Positions 23,588 through 33,397 of a DNA stretch of 64,000 nucleotides are shown piece after piece. The DNA comes from an uncultured delta proteobacterium (GTDB taxonomy: Bacteria > Myxococcota_A > Polyangia > Haliangiales > Haliangiaceae): NCBI GenBank assembly GCA_963848295.1, contig CAWKDB010000010.1:1568001-1632000 (forward strand). Reading direction: 5' to 3'. The notes beneath the pieces were generated by a model. It worked only from the letters and a program-made list of their open reading frames with translations. It did not search any database and was not told where the DNA came from. Within the stretch, counting starts at the first letter, position 1, and each line of letters starts with the position of its first letter. The position numbers were made by a program, and so were the translations under genes.

Positions 23588-26500
23588 ATGGCGGATACTC
23601 GAGGCGTGAGCATCGAGCGGGACGACACCATCCAGCCGACGACCAAGCTCGGGGTTGGCGAAGTGCCGACCGCTGACTTGCGTCCGGCACGGATGCGCAT
23701 CGCCACGATCGAGATCCCCGGCTACACCGTCACCGACCTGCTCGGCGAGGGCGGGATGGGCACGGTCTACGCCGCGGAACAGGACAACCCGCACCGGCGG
23801 GTCGCGATCAAGGTGCTCGAAGGCCGGTCGCAGAGCGCATTCATTCGGTTTCAGAACGAAGCCGAGATCATGGCGCGGCTCGATCATCCCGGCATCGCGC
23901 GCGTGCTCGAAGCGGGCGAAGCCGATGGCCGGCCGTTCCTCGTGATGGAGCACGTCGATGGCACGACGCTCGATCGCTACGTCAAGGAGCTCGGGTTGCG
24001 CGCGCGGCTCGAGCTGTTCGTCGCGTTATGCGAGGCGGTCCAACACGCGCACATCAAGGGCGTGATCCATCGCGATCTCAAGCCGGCGAACGTGATGGTG
24101 CGCAGCGACGGTCGCGTCGTCGTGCTCGACTTCGGCGTCGCGCGGCTCGCGGTCGACGATGGCTCGATGACGCCGACCGCGACGCGCGCGGGCGAGCTGA
24201 TCGGCACGCCGATCTACATGAGCCCCGAGCAAGCGCGGCTGCGCCCCGACGAGGTCGACGCGCGCACCGATGTCTACACGCTCGGCGTCATGCTCTACGA
24301 GCTGTGCAGCAACGAGCTGCCGTACGAAACGCGCGACGCGCCGCTGCCGATCCTGACGTGCATGATCTGCGAGGATCCGGCGACGCCGCTCGCGAAGCGC
24401 GATCCGGCGCTGCGCGGCGATCTCGACGCGATCACCGGCAAGGCGCTCGCGAAGGAACCGGGCGAGCGCTACCAATCGATCGCGGCGCTCGGCGACGACG
24501 TGCGCCGTCACCTCGACAAGTTGCCGGTCTCGGTGCGCTCGCCGGGAGCGATCGAGCGCACGGCGCGGTTCGTGCGCCGCCGGCCGTATCTCGCAAGCGC
24601 GATCGGGGTCGCGGTCGCCGCGGCTGCCGCGTTCGCGATCGTCGTGACGATCCTGTGGCGCGAAGCCGCGGTCGCGCGCATCGTCGCCGAAGGTGCGACC
24701 GCGCAGAGCGAGGTCCGGCGCGCCGCACTCGAGACCCGGACGAATCAGCTCACGCTCCGCACCGCCCGCGCCGCGCTCGCCCGCGATCCGACCGAAGCGC
24801 TCGCGTATCTCGCGACGTTGACCTCGCGCGGCGTCGACGCCGGCACCGCGTGGGCGATCGCCGACGAAGCGCTCGCTCGCGGCGTCGCGAAGGACGTGCT
24901 GCGCGGCCACTCCGACGAAGTCCACCGCATGGCCGAGCTGCCGGGCGGCTTCGTCAGCGCCGGCTACGACGGCAAGGTCATCGTGTGGGATCCGGCGCCG
25001 CGCACCGTGTTCACCGCGAAGAAGGGCCGCGCCCACGTCGCGGTGCCTTCACCCGACGGCTCCGAGATCGCGGTCGGCGGCGACTTCGGCGGGCTCGACG
25101 TCGTCAGCCGCGACGGCAAGCACCTGGCTTCGCTCCCCGGCTACGCCGGCGACGTCCAGCACGTCGCTTGGTCCGCCGACGGCGCGTGGCTCGCCGCCGG
25201 CGACGACCACGGCCGGCTCGCGGTATGGCCCAAGGGTCGCGCACCGTGCGTCGAGCTCATTCCGGGTGGCTCGACGATCGGCACGGTCGCGTTCGCGCCG
25301 ACCGGCGAGCTCGCATCCGGCGATCACGCGGGCGTCGTCCGCTGGTATGACCTCGCGACGCACGCGAGTGCATCGGCGGCGACCGGCACCGATATCGCGA
25401 CGGTGTGGACCGATGGCAAGCGTGTGATCTCGGCCGACGCGGGTGGCACGGTGCGCACGTTCCGCGTCGATCGAACCGCACCGCCATCCGGCGGCGCTGC
25501 CGGTCCCGGGCAAGCCGGCACCGTCGAAGGCACTCCACCGGCGCTCGTCGCCGATCACGTCAAGGCGACCGGCGTGAACGTCAAGCGCGCGGTGTTCGGC
25601 CCGGCCGGCGCCTGGCTCGTGCTCGGCGGCGTCGGCGGCACGGTGACGCGGGTCGTGCTCGACGCGGGGCAGGCCGGCGCCGTCGACGGCGATACGCTCG
25701 AACCGATCGGCCTGCATCACTCGCAGGTTCGCAGCATCGCGATCTCGGAAGATGGCCGGTGGATCGCGCACGGCGGCGACGACGGCACGCTCGCGCTCTA
25801 CGATCGAATCAGCCGGCGCACGCGCGAGCTCGCGGGGCACACCGGCCGGATCCGCCACCTGCTATTCGTCGACGGCGGCAAGCAACTGCTGTCGTCGGAT
25901 AGCGACGGGGTCGTGCGCCGCTGGGACCTGACCGAGATGCCGCCGACCGAGCTCTCGGCGGGCGGCGAGGCGATCGATCGGCTCGCGATCTCGCCCGACG
26001 GCGCGACCGTCGCGACGGTCGATGCGGCGTACGGCGTCTCGACCTGGAATACCGCGACCGGCGCGCACGTCGCGCTCGGCACCGCCGACAGCCGCGTCAC
26101 CGCACTCGCGTTCGCCGGCGATCGGGTCGTGACCGGCACGACCGAAGGCATCGTCACGCTGTGGGGGGACCCGCCGCACAAGGAGTCCGTTCACGCGATC
26201 GTCAAGGCGATCGCGACGAGCAGCGATCGGATCGCGGTCGCGACCTCGGCGGGCCCGATCGCGATGTTCTCGGTCGCGGGCGGTGCGCTGCCCTCGCTCG
26301 CGGGCAACCCAGCCGGCACCGAGGCGATCGCGTTCGCGCCGAGCGGCGACCTGCTGGCCTCGGGCGGACAAGATCGTTCGGTCCGCGTGTGGCGGCGCAC
26401 GACCGACGCGTGGACTCAGGTCGCCGCGCTCGACGGTCCGAAGGGCGACACCACGTTCGTCGCGTTCTCGCCGGGCGGCGACTTGCTCGCGAGCGCGGGC

Positions 26501-26974
26501 AACGACGGCGTGGTCTACGCGTGGCGCGTCACGAACGGCGCCGTAGATCCCGGTTCGCGAATGATCGTCGCTCGTCACACCGGCGCGGTCACCGCGCTCG
26601 CGGTCACCGCCGGCTGGATCGCCTCGGCGGGCCGCGACGTCGTCATCACGCGCGCGAAGGTGTCGGCCGGCTCGGTCGGCGCTTCCGAAACCGCGACGAT
26701 CCCCGCCGCCGCAACTCGGCTCGTGCTCGAAGACGATGGCGACTTGCGCGCGGTGACCCGCGCCGGCGGCGTGATCCGGTGGTCGCTCGGCTCGCCCGCC
26801 GTCGTCGAGAGCGAGCACGGCGCGCGCGACGCGGTGCGGCTCGCCGATCACGGTCGTTGGCTCGAGGCGTTCGACGACGGCGCGCTCGTCGCCGGCTCGC
26901 TGCACGCGCGCTCGCTCGCCGAGCTCCGAGCCACGCTCGCGCGCGCCACGACGTACACGCTCACGGCGCGCTAG
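23588..26974 (+). CDS. Hanks-type Ser/Thr protein kinase with TM segment and WD40 propellers
   Basis: LGEGGMG, VAIK, HRDLKPAN, DFG, YMSPEQ; many GH..WD-like repeats. Confidence 0.95.
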   Translation: MADTRGVSIERDDTIQPTTKLGVGEVPTADLRPARMRIATIEIPGYTVTDLLGEGGMGTVYAAEQDNPHRRVAIKVLEGRSQSAFIRFQNEAEIMARLDHPGIARVLEAGEADGRPFLVMEHVDGTTLDRYVKELGLRARLELFVALCEAVQHAHIKGVIHRDLKPANVMVRSDGRVVVLDFGVARLAVDDGSMTPTATRAGELIGTPIYMSPEQARLRPDEVDARTDVYTLGVMLYELCSNELPYETRDAPLPILTCMICEDPATPLAKRDPALRGDLDAITGKALAKEPGERYQSIAALGDDVRRHLDKLPVSVRSPGAIERTARFVRRRPYLASAIGVAVAAAAAFAIVVTILWREAAVARIVAEGATAQSEVRRAALETRTNQLTLRTARAALARDPTEALAYLATLTSRGVDAGTAWAIADEALARGVAKDVLRGHSDEVHRMAELPGGFVSAGYDGKVIVWDPAPRTVFTAKKGRAHVAVPSPDGSEIAVGGDFGGLDVVSRDGKHLASLPGYAGDVQHVAWSADGAWLAAGDDHGRLAVWPKGRAPCVELIPGGSTIGTVAFAPTGELASGDHAGVVRWYDLATHASASAATGTDIATVWTDGKRVISADAGGTVRTFRVDRTAPPSGGAAGPGQAGTVEGTPPALVADHVKATGVNVKRAVFGPAGAWLVLGGVGGTVTRVVLDAGQAGAVDGDTLEPIGLHHSQVRSIAISEDGRWIAHGGDDGTLALYDRISRRTRELAGHTGRIRHLLFVDGGKQLLSSDSDGVVRRWDLTEMPPTELSAGGEAIDRLAISPDGATVATVDAAYGVSTWNTATGAHVALGTADSRVTALAFAGDRVVTGTTEGIVTLWGDPPHKESVHAIVKAIATSSDRIAVATSAGPIAMFSVAGGALPSLAGNPAGTEAIAFAPSGDLLASGGQDRSVRVWRRTTDAWTQVAALDGPKGDTTFVAFSPGGDLLASAGNDGVVYAWRVTNGAVDPGSRMIVARHTGAVTALAVTAGWIASAGRDVVITRAKVSAGSVGASETATIPAAATRLVLEDDGDLRAVTRAGGVIRWSLGSPAVVESEHGARDAVRLADHGRWLEAFDDGALVAGSLHARSLAELRATLARATTYTLTAR
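25466..25527 (+). repeat. 57-bp structured intragenic repeat, copy A
   Basis: GTCGATCGAACCGCACCGCCATCCGGCGGCGCTGCCGGTCCCGGGCAAGCCGGCACC followed by GTCGA; encodes VDRTAPPSGGAAGPGQAGT within the WD40 region. Confidence 0.8.
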
Positions 26975-28049
26975 CCCCCGACTTGTTCTTGACCGCGAAC
27001 AGCAGGTTGTCGAATCCGGCAGCCTTGGCGGTGAGCACGATGCGGTTGATCACGATGGCGTCGGTGAGCTCGTCGGCCTGAAGGATCAGGACGCCCTGCG
27101 ACTTCCTACCGGGTGGCAGCGCCGCCGTGAGCTCGGCGATCGCGCCCGAGCCCTTGCGCAGTGCCGCGGTGGTCGCGAGCGCGTGATGCTCGAACTGCAG
27201 CTCGGTCTTGGTCACGATCACGACCGGTGCTTGGCGCAGACCGGCGTCGGTCGTCGGCAGCGATGGGGTCGGGGCCGGAGCGCGCGCCGTCATCGGCTGG
27301 TCCTTCGGCGGAGCGCAGTGACTCCGCGCGCCTTGCGGATCGGTCGGCAGCGGTCCGTAGGTGAGCGACCCGGGGTCGTCGAGCCCGGAGTCCATGCCGT
27401 GCTTGATCGCGATGTCCATCGCGTGGATCGTGTCTTGATACACGACGCCCGGCGCTGACGCCACGTCGGCCTCGGCTCCGCACGTGGCCGACTCGAAGGT
27501 CGCGATCTCGGCGTCGAGCCAAGTCGTGTCGATCGCGCCCGCTCGCCGTGGCGCATAGCAATGCTGGTCCGCCGCGGTCGCGATCCACACGCCGCCGGTG
27601 TCGATGTAGATCTGGAAGTCGCGGACACAGGTTGCCACCGGCCGCGTGCTCGGCTGGGGGTTGATCGAATCGATCGCGGTCTGCTTCATCACCGCGATAA
27701 TCTTCCCGCACTCGTCGGCGTGCGCGAGGATGTAGCTCGGCAGCATGCAGCGCTGCATCTCGGGCGGCATGCCGCGGCACTGCTTCGCGGCATCCGCCGT
27801 GGGGGCGTGAAGGTTCGGCGCCATCGTCGGGATCGCCGCGATCAGCTTCGCGAACCGGTCGCACAGCTCCCCGCTCGGCGCGACGCAGCCTTCGATCGTC
27901 GTCGCGACCTTGACCGGATCGCCGGGATAGCGCGCCGTGATCGCGACCATCGCGTTCGCCGGCTTGCCGAGCACGAGCTCGCAGTCGCTCGGCTGCGCGC
28001 GCGAGCCGCAGCCAACCACGAGCACCGCGATGACGAGCGAGCGACACAT
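26961..28049 (-). CDS. Cys-rich lipoprotein with ExbD/TolR-like periplasmic domain(s)
   Basis: Lipobox VVGC; C-terminal LILQADELTDAIVINRIVLTAKAAGFDNLLFAV. Confidence 0.65.
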   Translation of the reverse strand: MCRSLVIAVLVVGCGSRAQPSDCELVLGKPANAMVAITARYPGDPVKVATTIEGCVAPSGELCDRFAKLIAAIPTMAPNLHAPTADAAKQCRGMPPEMQRCMLPSYILAHADECGKIIAVMKQTAIDSINPQPSTRPVATCVRDFQIYIDTGGVWIATAADQHCYAPRRAGAIDTTWLDAEIATFESATCGAEADVASAPGVVYQDTIHAMDIAIKHGMDSGLDDPGSLTYGPLPTDPQGARSHCAPPKDQPMTARAPAPTPSLPTTDAGLRQAPVVIVTKTELQFEHHALATTAALRKGSGAIAELTAALPPGRKSQGVLILQADELTDAIVINRIVLTAKAAGFDNLLFAVKNKSGASAP

Positions 28050-28094
28050 ACGCCGGTGATAACACGCCTCGCCCCGCGCGCCGGGTAGCTCGGA

Positions 28095-28856
28095 TCACCG
28101 GTCGCGAGCCGGGACGGGCTCGACGAGGTGCGCATGGATCTTGACGTGCATCGTGCCGGCCTTGCGGCCGTCGTCGATGAGCTCGCCCGCTTGATCGAGG
28201 TCGCGCCCGGTATTCGAGAGCCGCAGGGTGCCCTTTGCATGGATCGAACGGGCAACGGGCAGGTCGGACGTGAGCTCGACATCGAACAAGATCGCTTGCT
28301 CATCGATCGCGCGCACGACGAGCTCGACGTCGTCGGCGTTGAGCTGCAGGCCGAGCCGCTCGCCTCGCGTGGGTCGGTAGCGCTCGCCGACCGTGAAGCG
28401 GTGCGAGTAAAACGAGCGGCGCCCGGCCTCGCCTTGCAGCTCGGATCGAGCTTCCTGCATGTCGTGGTCCTGTTCACCGGCGGGTACCGGCGCGCCGTTC
28501 TTCGAAACCACGATCCCCGAAGCAGTGATCGTCGCGTCGATCGTATCGAGGTCGGGTGGCTGGACGACCCCGTCCTTGACCCTGCGATCCACGCTCGCTG
28601 TCGTCCGGTAACGAGTCACCTGGTCGCCGGCGACCGCGAGCACCTCGCCGGCGAGCTCGCTGTGCCCCGTGATCACGTGCTCGACGCCATCGCGTTCGAC
28701 GATTTCGGTGTCGAGATCGAACGTCCAGTCGACGCGGTCGCCGACGCGCGGCGGAACCCAATGAAGCGGGCTCGGCGCCGAGGATCCCGCGCGTTCGCAT
28801 GCCCCGACGCAGACCGGCAGGGCGAACAGCGACGCGAACGCGACGCGGCGATCCAC
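28095..28856 (-). CDS. Hypothetical lipoprotein
   Basis: GTG start VDRRVAFASLFALPVCVGAC lipobox; beta-rich body. Confidence 0.6.
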   Translation of the reverse strand: MDRRVAFASLFALPVCVGACERAGSSAPSPLHWVPPRVGDRVDWTFDLDTEIVERDGVEHVITGHSELAGEVLAVAGDQVTRYRTTASVDRRVKDGVVQPPDLDTIDATITASGIVVSKNGAPVPAGEQDHDMQEARSELQGEAGRRSFYSHRFTVGERYRPTRGERLGLQLNADDVELVVRAIDEQAILFDVELTSDLPVARSIHAKGTLRLSNTGRDLDQAGELIDDGRKAGTMHVKIHAHLVEPVPARDR

Positions 28857-28879
28857 GCCGGTGGTAATACCACGCCGCG

Positions 28880-29482
28880 ATGTGGCGAACCGGCAGCGCC
28901 TGGACCGACCGCGATGCACTCGCACGACAGTGGCGCGGCGCCCAGCCGTTTCCGCACCTGGTGTTCGATGACGTGTTGACCGAGCCAGCGCTCGCCGAGC
29001 TGTTCGCGATCCTCGACGAAGAATCGGTAGATCCGTACGAAGGCGACATCTTGTCGTTCGAGGCATCGCCGCCCGAGCCCCGCACCGCCGAGCTCCGCGC
29101 CGTGCGCGAGGCCTTCGCGGCCGCCTACGCCGCACCGCTCGCGGCGATCACCCACAAAGTGCTCGCGCGCGCCGACATGCGCGCGTTCGCGTATCGCATC
29201 GGCCACTACCTCCTGCCGCACACCGATCACCGCGACGGGCTGCACCGCGCGCTCGCGTACGCGTACTACCTGCCGTCGCCCGAGCCGCCGACCGGTGGCG
29301 AGCTCGAGCTGTTTCGCTGCTCGATCGCCGATGGCGAGCTCACGGAGACGACGTCGGCGCTGCTGATCGAACCGCGCGGCAATCGCCTGGTCGTGTTCGA
29401 GGTCAACGACGTGTCGTTGCACCAGGTCCGCGAGGTCACCGCCGGGCTGCGGATGTCGCTCGCCGGATGGTTCTATCCGTGA
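28880..29482 (+). CDS. 2OG-Fe(II) oxygenase, OGFOD1/Tpa1-like prolyl hydroxylase catalytic domain
   Basis: PFPH N-terminal motif, YLLPHTD (HxD), GGELELF, NRLVVFEV..SLHQVREV, RMSLAGWF. Confidence 0.85.
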   Translation: MWRTGSAWTDRDALARQWRGAQPFPHLVFDDVLTEPALAELFAILDEESVDPYEGDILSFEASPPEPRTAELRAVREAFAAAYAAPLAAITHKVLARADMRAFAYRIGHYLLPHTDHRDGLHRALAYAYYLPSPEPPTGGELELFRCSIADGELTETTSALLIEPRGNRLVVFEVNDVSLHQVREVTAGLRMSLAGWFYP

Positions 29483-29997
29483 CGCCGGCCGAGCAGCTCG
29501 CGAACGAAGGCGTCGCTCTCGTCGCCGACGCCGTCTCGGTCGCGCTCGCCGCCGCGGTTCGCGCTCGCCTCGCCTATCGCCGGTTCGCGTTGCTCGATCG
29601 CGGTAGCTACGAATTCGCCGAGCGCGTCGTCGAGCCCGAGCTGTTCGCGACGCTCGCCGCGATCGCCTCGCAAGCGACCGGGCGTACGCTCGCCGCGAGC
29701 GACGCGCGCGCCCTGCGTTTGCGCGCGGGCGACTATGTCCTCGCGCATCACGATCGGTTCTACGACGACCGGCCGATCGAGGCCGTGCTCGATCTGTCGC
29801 CGGCCGCCGTGCCACAGGCCGAGCTGCACTATCGCAGGCGCGGCCAGGTGTTCTTCCGGTTCCCGAGCGCGCCGCGGGCGCTCGCGCTCGTCGATCGCAC
29901 ACCGGTCGTGACCTGCAACCACGTCTACGTCAGCCGATCGGTCCCGACCGCGGACGTCATCCGACTCGTCGTCACGCTGCGGGCTACGACGTCGTAG
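29479..29997 (+). CDS. Second DSBH protein resembling the OGFOD1/Tpa1/Ofd1 C-terminal domain
   Basis: GTGA overlap with the upstream gene; RLRAGDYVLAHHD, RALALVDR..YVSR. Confidence 0.65.
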   Translation: MTPAEQLANEGVALVADAVSVALAAAVRARLAYRRFALLDRGSYEFAERVVEPELFATLAAIASQATGRTLAASDARALRLRAGDYVLAHHDRFYDDRPIEAVLDLSPAAVPQAELHYRRRGQVFFRFPSAPRALALVDRTPVVTCNHVYVSRSVPTADVIRLVVTLRATTS

Positions 29998-31198
29998 GCG
30001 CGTCGGGCTTCGCCGCCGCCGAGATCGGCAGCATGATCGTGACCGTCGTCCCGATCCCGACTTCGCTCTCGATGTGCAATCGCCCGCCGGCGGTACCGAC
30101 GAGACGCTGACACTGCGCGATCCCCAAGCCGGTGCCCTCGGTGCGGGTCGTGAAGAACGGCGTGCCGACCTTCGACAGCACCTCGGGCTTCATCCCGACG
30201 CCATCGTCCTTGATCCGGAACTCGAGCATGTTGTCGTCGTTGGCGTGTACCGCGATCGAGACGTGACCGTTGGTCTTGCCGCGCGCGGCGACCGCCTGCG
30301 CACCATTCGACAGGACGTTGATCAGGACCTGCGTCAGCTCGGTCGCGGGCATCGTGACGCGCGGCAGCTCGGTCGGCCCGATGTAATCCACCGACGCGCC
30401 TGCGCGAATCGAGATCTGCTGACACACCGCCATCGCGTGCCGCAAGATCGGTAGCGGATCGGTCATCGGCGTCGACTTCGGATCGCGCGGCCGGCTGAAC
30501 TCGCGCAGGTTCGAGATCATGTGGTTGAGGTGCTCGGCCGACGCCTTGAGGTCGGCCATGAGCGGATCGATGTCGCCGAGCGCGGTGATCAGCGCGTCGC
30601 GCTCCGCCGATTTCGGCTCGCCCGCGAGCAGCGCGCGATGGATCATCGGCGCGTTCTGCGTGAGCTCGTCGAGCAGCTCGAGGTTGACGAGCAGTGACAC
30701 GACCGGCTGCTTGAGGTCGTGGACGAGCATGCCGGAGATCGTGCCGAGCGTGACCAGGCGCTCGGTGTCGAGCAGCCGGCGTTGCAACGCCTCCGAATCG
30801 CGGCTGAACGTCCACGCGCCGATCGCCCAGCGCAGGACCTGGATCGACCTCGGTCCGCTCCCACGGCTTGACGATGTAGCGCGCGACCAGACCCTCGTTG
30901 ATCGCCCGCAGGATCGGCTCGACATCGGCGTACGCGGTGATCACCATCCGGATCGTCCGCGGGTACTTCTCTTTGACGATCGCGGAGCAGCTCCTCGCCA
31001 GACATCGTCGGCATCCTCATGTCGCTGACGATCACGGCGACGTCGCCCTCTTCGAGCGCGCGGAACGCCTCTTCAGGCGTCTCGCAGGTCAAGACCGTAA
31101 ACATGCTGCCGATCGACAGCTCGAACACCGTGCGGTTCGGCTTCTTCGTCGTCGACGTAAATGACGAGCGGGCTCGGGGGCGGATCGGCGGCGGGCAT
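29984..31198 (-). CDS. REC-HisKA-HATPase hybrid kinase, three +1 frameshifts (about 31145, 30981, 30845)
   Basis: Reassembled: VIYVDDE..VSDMRMP..MVITAY..KPW; LVHDLKQP; NVLSNGA; DDGVG; PFFTT; GTGLG. Confidence 0.8.
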
Positions 31199-31343
31199 GG
31201 ACGAGCCCCCCCAGCATACCGCGTCGGTCAGGCCGGGAGGAGCCCCCGGCCGCTAGCCGTCCACTGTGCGTGGTAACCGGACTCCAACACCTCCGGACCG
31301 AGGTCATGGTCGGACGAGGCGAGTTGGGCCATCATCGGCCGCG

Positions 31344-32048
31344 ATGACCGATGACGCCTGGCAACCACCCGCGCGTGGCGCACTCGACGACACCGCGTGG
31401 CCGGAGAAGCTCGTCGCGAGAGCGATCGAGCCCGGTTCCGATGACGACCGCCTGCATGGCTACGCCGTCGTGGGAGACCTCGCGAAGCACTACGAGCTGT
31501 CGGAGGTGCTCTACCTCGCGATCGTAGGCGAGCTGCCGAACGCGGCGCAGGCGAACCGGTTCCGAGTCGCGCTGATCAGCCTCGCCGCGATAGGGGTGAA
31601 CGAGGCACCGACCCATGTTGCGCTGCTCAGTCGAATCTGCGCCGGTGCGATCTCGTCCGCGCTCGGCGCCGGGCTTGTTGTCGCTGCCGATCAAGCGCGC
31701 TTCAAGCTCGAGGCCAACTGGCCGCTGTTCGCATGGTTGGCAAACCCGGTCGGGCCCCCGCCTGATGAGGTATGCAGCCGCGATCCCGACGACGCGCGCT
31801 GGGTTGTTACCTTGCGCCGCGCCGCCCCCGACAGCACGCTGGTTCATGATTCGCTATCGCGCGATGCCGCGCGCATCGCGCTGCTCTACGACGCCGGGCT
31901 GCGCGAGCCGGCGCAGATCGAGGCCGCGTTCGTAGCCTCGCGAGTCTGCGGCATCGCCGCCGAGGCCCTCCGCGCTGGTCCGAAGGACCTCGGTTCGTAT
32001 CCGGTCAAGCTACCACCGTTCCACTACGTCGAAGACGAGGTGGCGTAA
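31344..32048 (+). CDS. Divergent citrate-synthase/citryl-CoA-lyase-fold protein A
   Basis: RLHGYAVVGDLAKHYELSEVLYLAIVGELP matches the CS-fold N-terminus; C-terminal SRVCGIAAEA. Confidence 0.65.
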   Translation: MTDDAWQPPARGALDDTAWPEKLVARAIEPGSDDDRLHGYAVVGDLAKHYELSEVLYLAIVGELPNAAQANRFRVALISLAAIGVNEAPTHVALLSRICAGAISSALGAGLVVAADQARFKLEANWPLFAWLANPVGPPPDEVCSRDPDDARWVVTLRRAAPDSTLVHDSLSRDAARIALLYDAGLREPAQIEAAFVASRVCGIAAEALRAGPKDLGSYPVKLPPFHYVEDEVA

Positions 32049-32833
32049 TGATCGAGCTCGAGCCAATTGTCACACGCGTCGCCCATACCGGTGCCGACGA
32101 GCTCCGCTTCCAGGGACGCAAGGTCTTCGCCGAGCTGCTCGGCCACGCGTCGGTCGGGCAGATGCTCGTGCTTGGGATCAGCGGCAAGCTGCTCGATGCG
32201 GAGGCGATCGCGATCATCGACGACATCGTGACCGCGATGTCCTCGGCCGATCCGCGCATGTGGCCGTTCAAGTTGACCCGGCTCGGCGCGGCGCACGGGC
32301 TTGCATCACTCGGCACCTCGGTAAGTCTGATCGCCGCTGAGGGCGGAATGTTCGGCTCGAATCGGATGTTGGCCTCGACGACCTGGCTGCTCGACCTTCA
32401 CGGAGCCGTCGGCGCGGGACCGATCGAGAAGGCTGCGATCCTGGACGCCCTCGATCGCGATTCCCGCGGGTTCGGAGTCCTCTACCGCGCTCGTGACGAG
32501 CGATTCGAGGCCCTAGTACGACAGATCGTTCGACGCGGTCGTGCCGAGCGTCCCTTCACGGCGCTATGCCTGCGCGCAGTCGAGGTCGCTCGCACCGAGC
32601 GTAAGGTCGAACCACATGTGTTCCTCGTGGTCGCCGCGATCTGCCTCGACCTCGGCATCGCGCCCCACGCCATCGCCAGCGTCGCGACCTTGTTGCTGTT
32701 TCACGATTCGTTGGCAAACGCGGTCGAAGGTGCGCATCAGCACCCAACCTCCCTACAGTCGCTGCCTCGCCGATGCGTTGACTATGTAGGAGTTCCAACG
32801 CGCACGAGCGAGCGCGCGAACCGATCGAAATAG
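32048..32833 (+). CDS. Divergent citrate-synthase/citryl-CoA-lyase-fold protein B
   Basis: TAATG overlap; ADPRMWP, GFGVLYRARDER (compare GFGH..DPR), AAICLDLG, terminal YVG. Confidence 0.65.
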   Translation: MIELEPIVTRVAHTGADELRFQGRKVFAELLGHASVGQMLVLGISGKLLDAEAIAIIDDIVTAMSSADPRMWPFKLTRLGAAHGLASLGTSVSLIAAEGGMFGSNRMLASTTWLLDLHGAVGAGPIEKAAILDALDRDSRGFGVLYRARDERFEALVRQIVRRGRAERPFTALCLRAVEVARTERKVEPHVFLVVAAICLDLGIAPHAIASVATLLLFHDSLANAVEGAHQHPTSLQSLPRRCVDYVGVPTRTSERANRSK

Positions 32834-32873
32834 CGGGACACGCGCGCGATGCGATACGATCGAAGGACATGAC

Positions 32874-33389
32874 ATGATCGCAGCACCTCCGGGGCTTCGG
32901 CTGATCGAAGCCACTGAAAAATGGGCGATGGGGGAGTACGAACGCTGCTTGGCGATGATCTGGAGCGGTCAGCCAGATCCCGAAGCGATGCGAAGGCGCG
33001 CAGCGCAGCTCGTCGAGCTCTGCGGGAAGTACCCCGGCCGGTGCGCGCTCGTCGAGGTCGTCGAACCGACGTCGAAGCCGCCCAACAATCAAACCCGCAA
33101 GATCGCGATGGATGTGTTCCGCGAGCTAGGTCCGAAGCTCTCGTCGATTAGCTTCGTGCTCGAGGGTGGCCAGATGAGCTCGGTGCTCGCCCGCGCGGTG
33201 ATCACGGGCATGCTGTTCTTCCTGAAGCAGCCCCAGCCGTCGAAGGTATTCAAGCACGTCCGCGACATGGCTAATTGGGTCAAGCCGCGCATCCAACCCG
33301 ACAACCCGGAGTTCGAAGTCGGGCTCGGTGCTGCGTTCGAACATCTTCGCGAGGTCATGCGCTCGCACGGACACGGTAGTTCGCAGTAA
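32874..33389 (+). CDS. SpoIIAA/STAS-SEC14-like small alpha/beta protein
   Basis: PP..TRK, SFVLEG...ARAVITGM..PSKVF..VRDMANWV pattern; SD AAGGA. Confidence 0.55.
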   Translation: MIAAPPGLRLIEATEKWAMGEYERCLAMIWSGQPDPEAMRRRAAQLVELCGKYPGRCALVEVVEPTSKPPNNQTRKIAMDVFRELGPKLSSISFVLEGGQMSSVLARAVITGMLFFLKQPQPSKVFKHVRDMANWVKPRIQPDNPEFEVGLGAAFEHLREVMRSHGHGSSQ

Positions 33390-33397
33390 CTTGCAGC

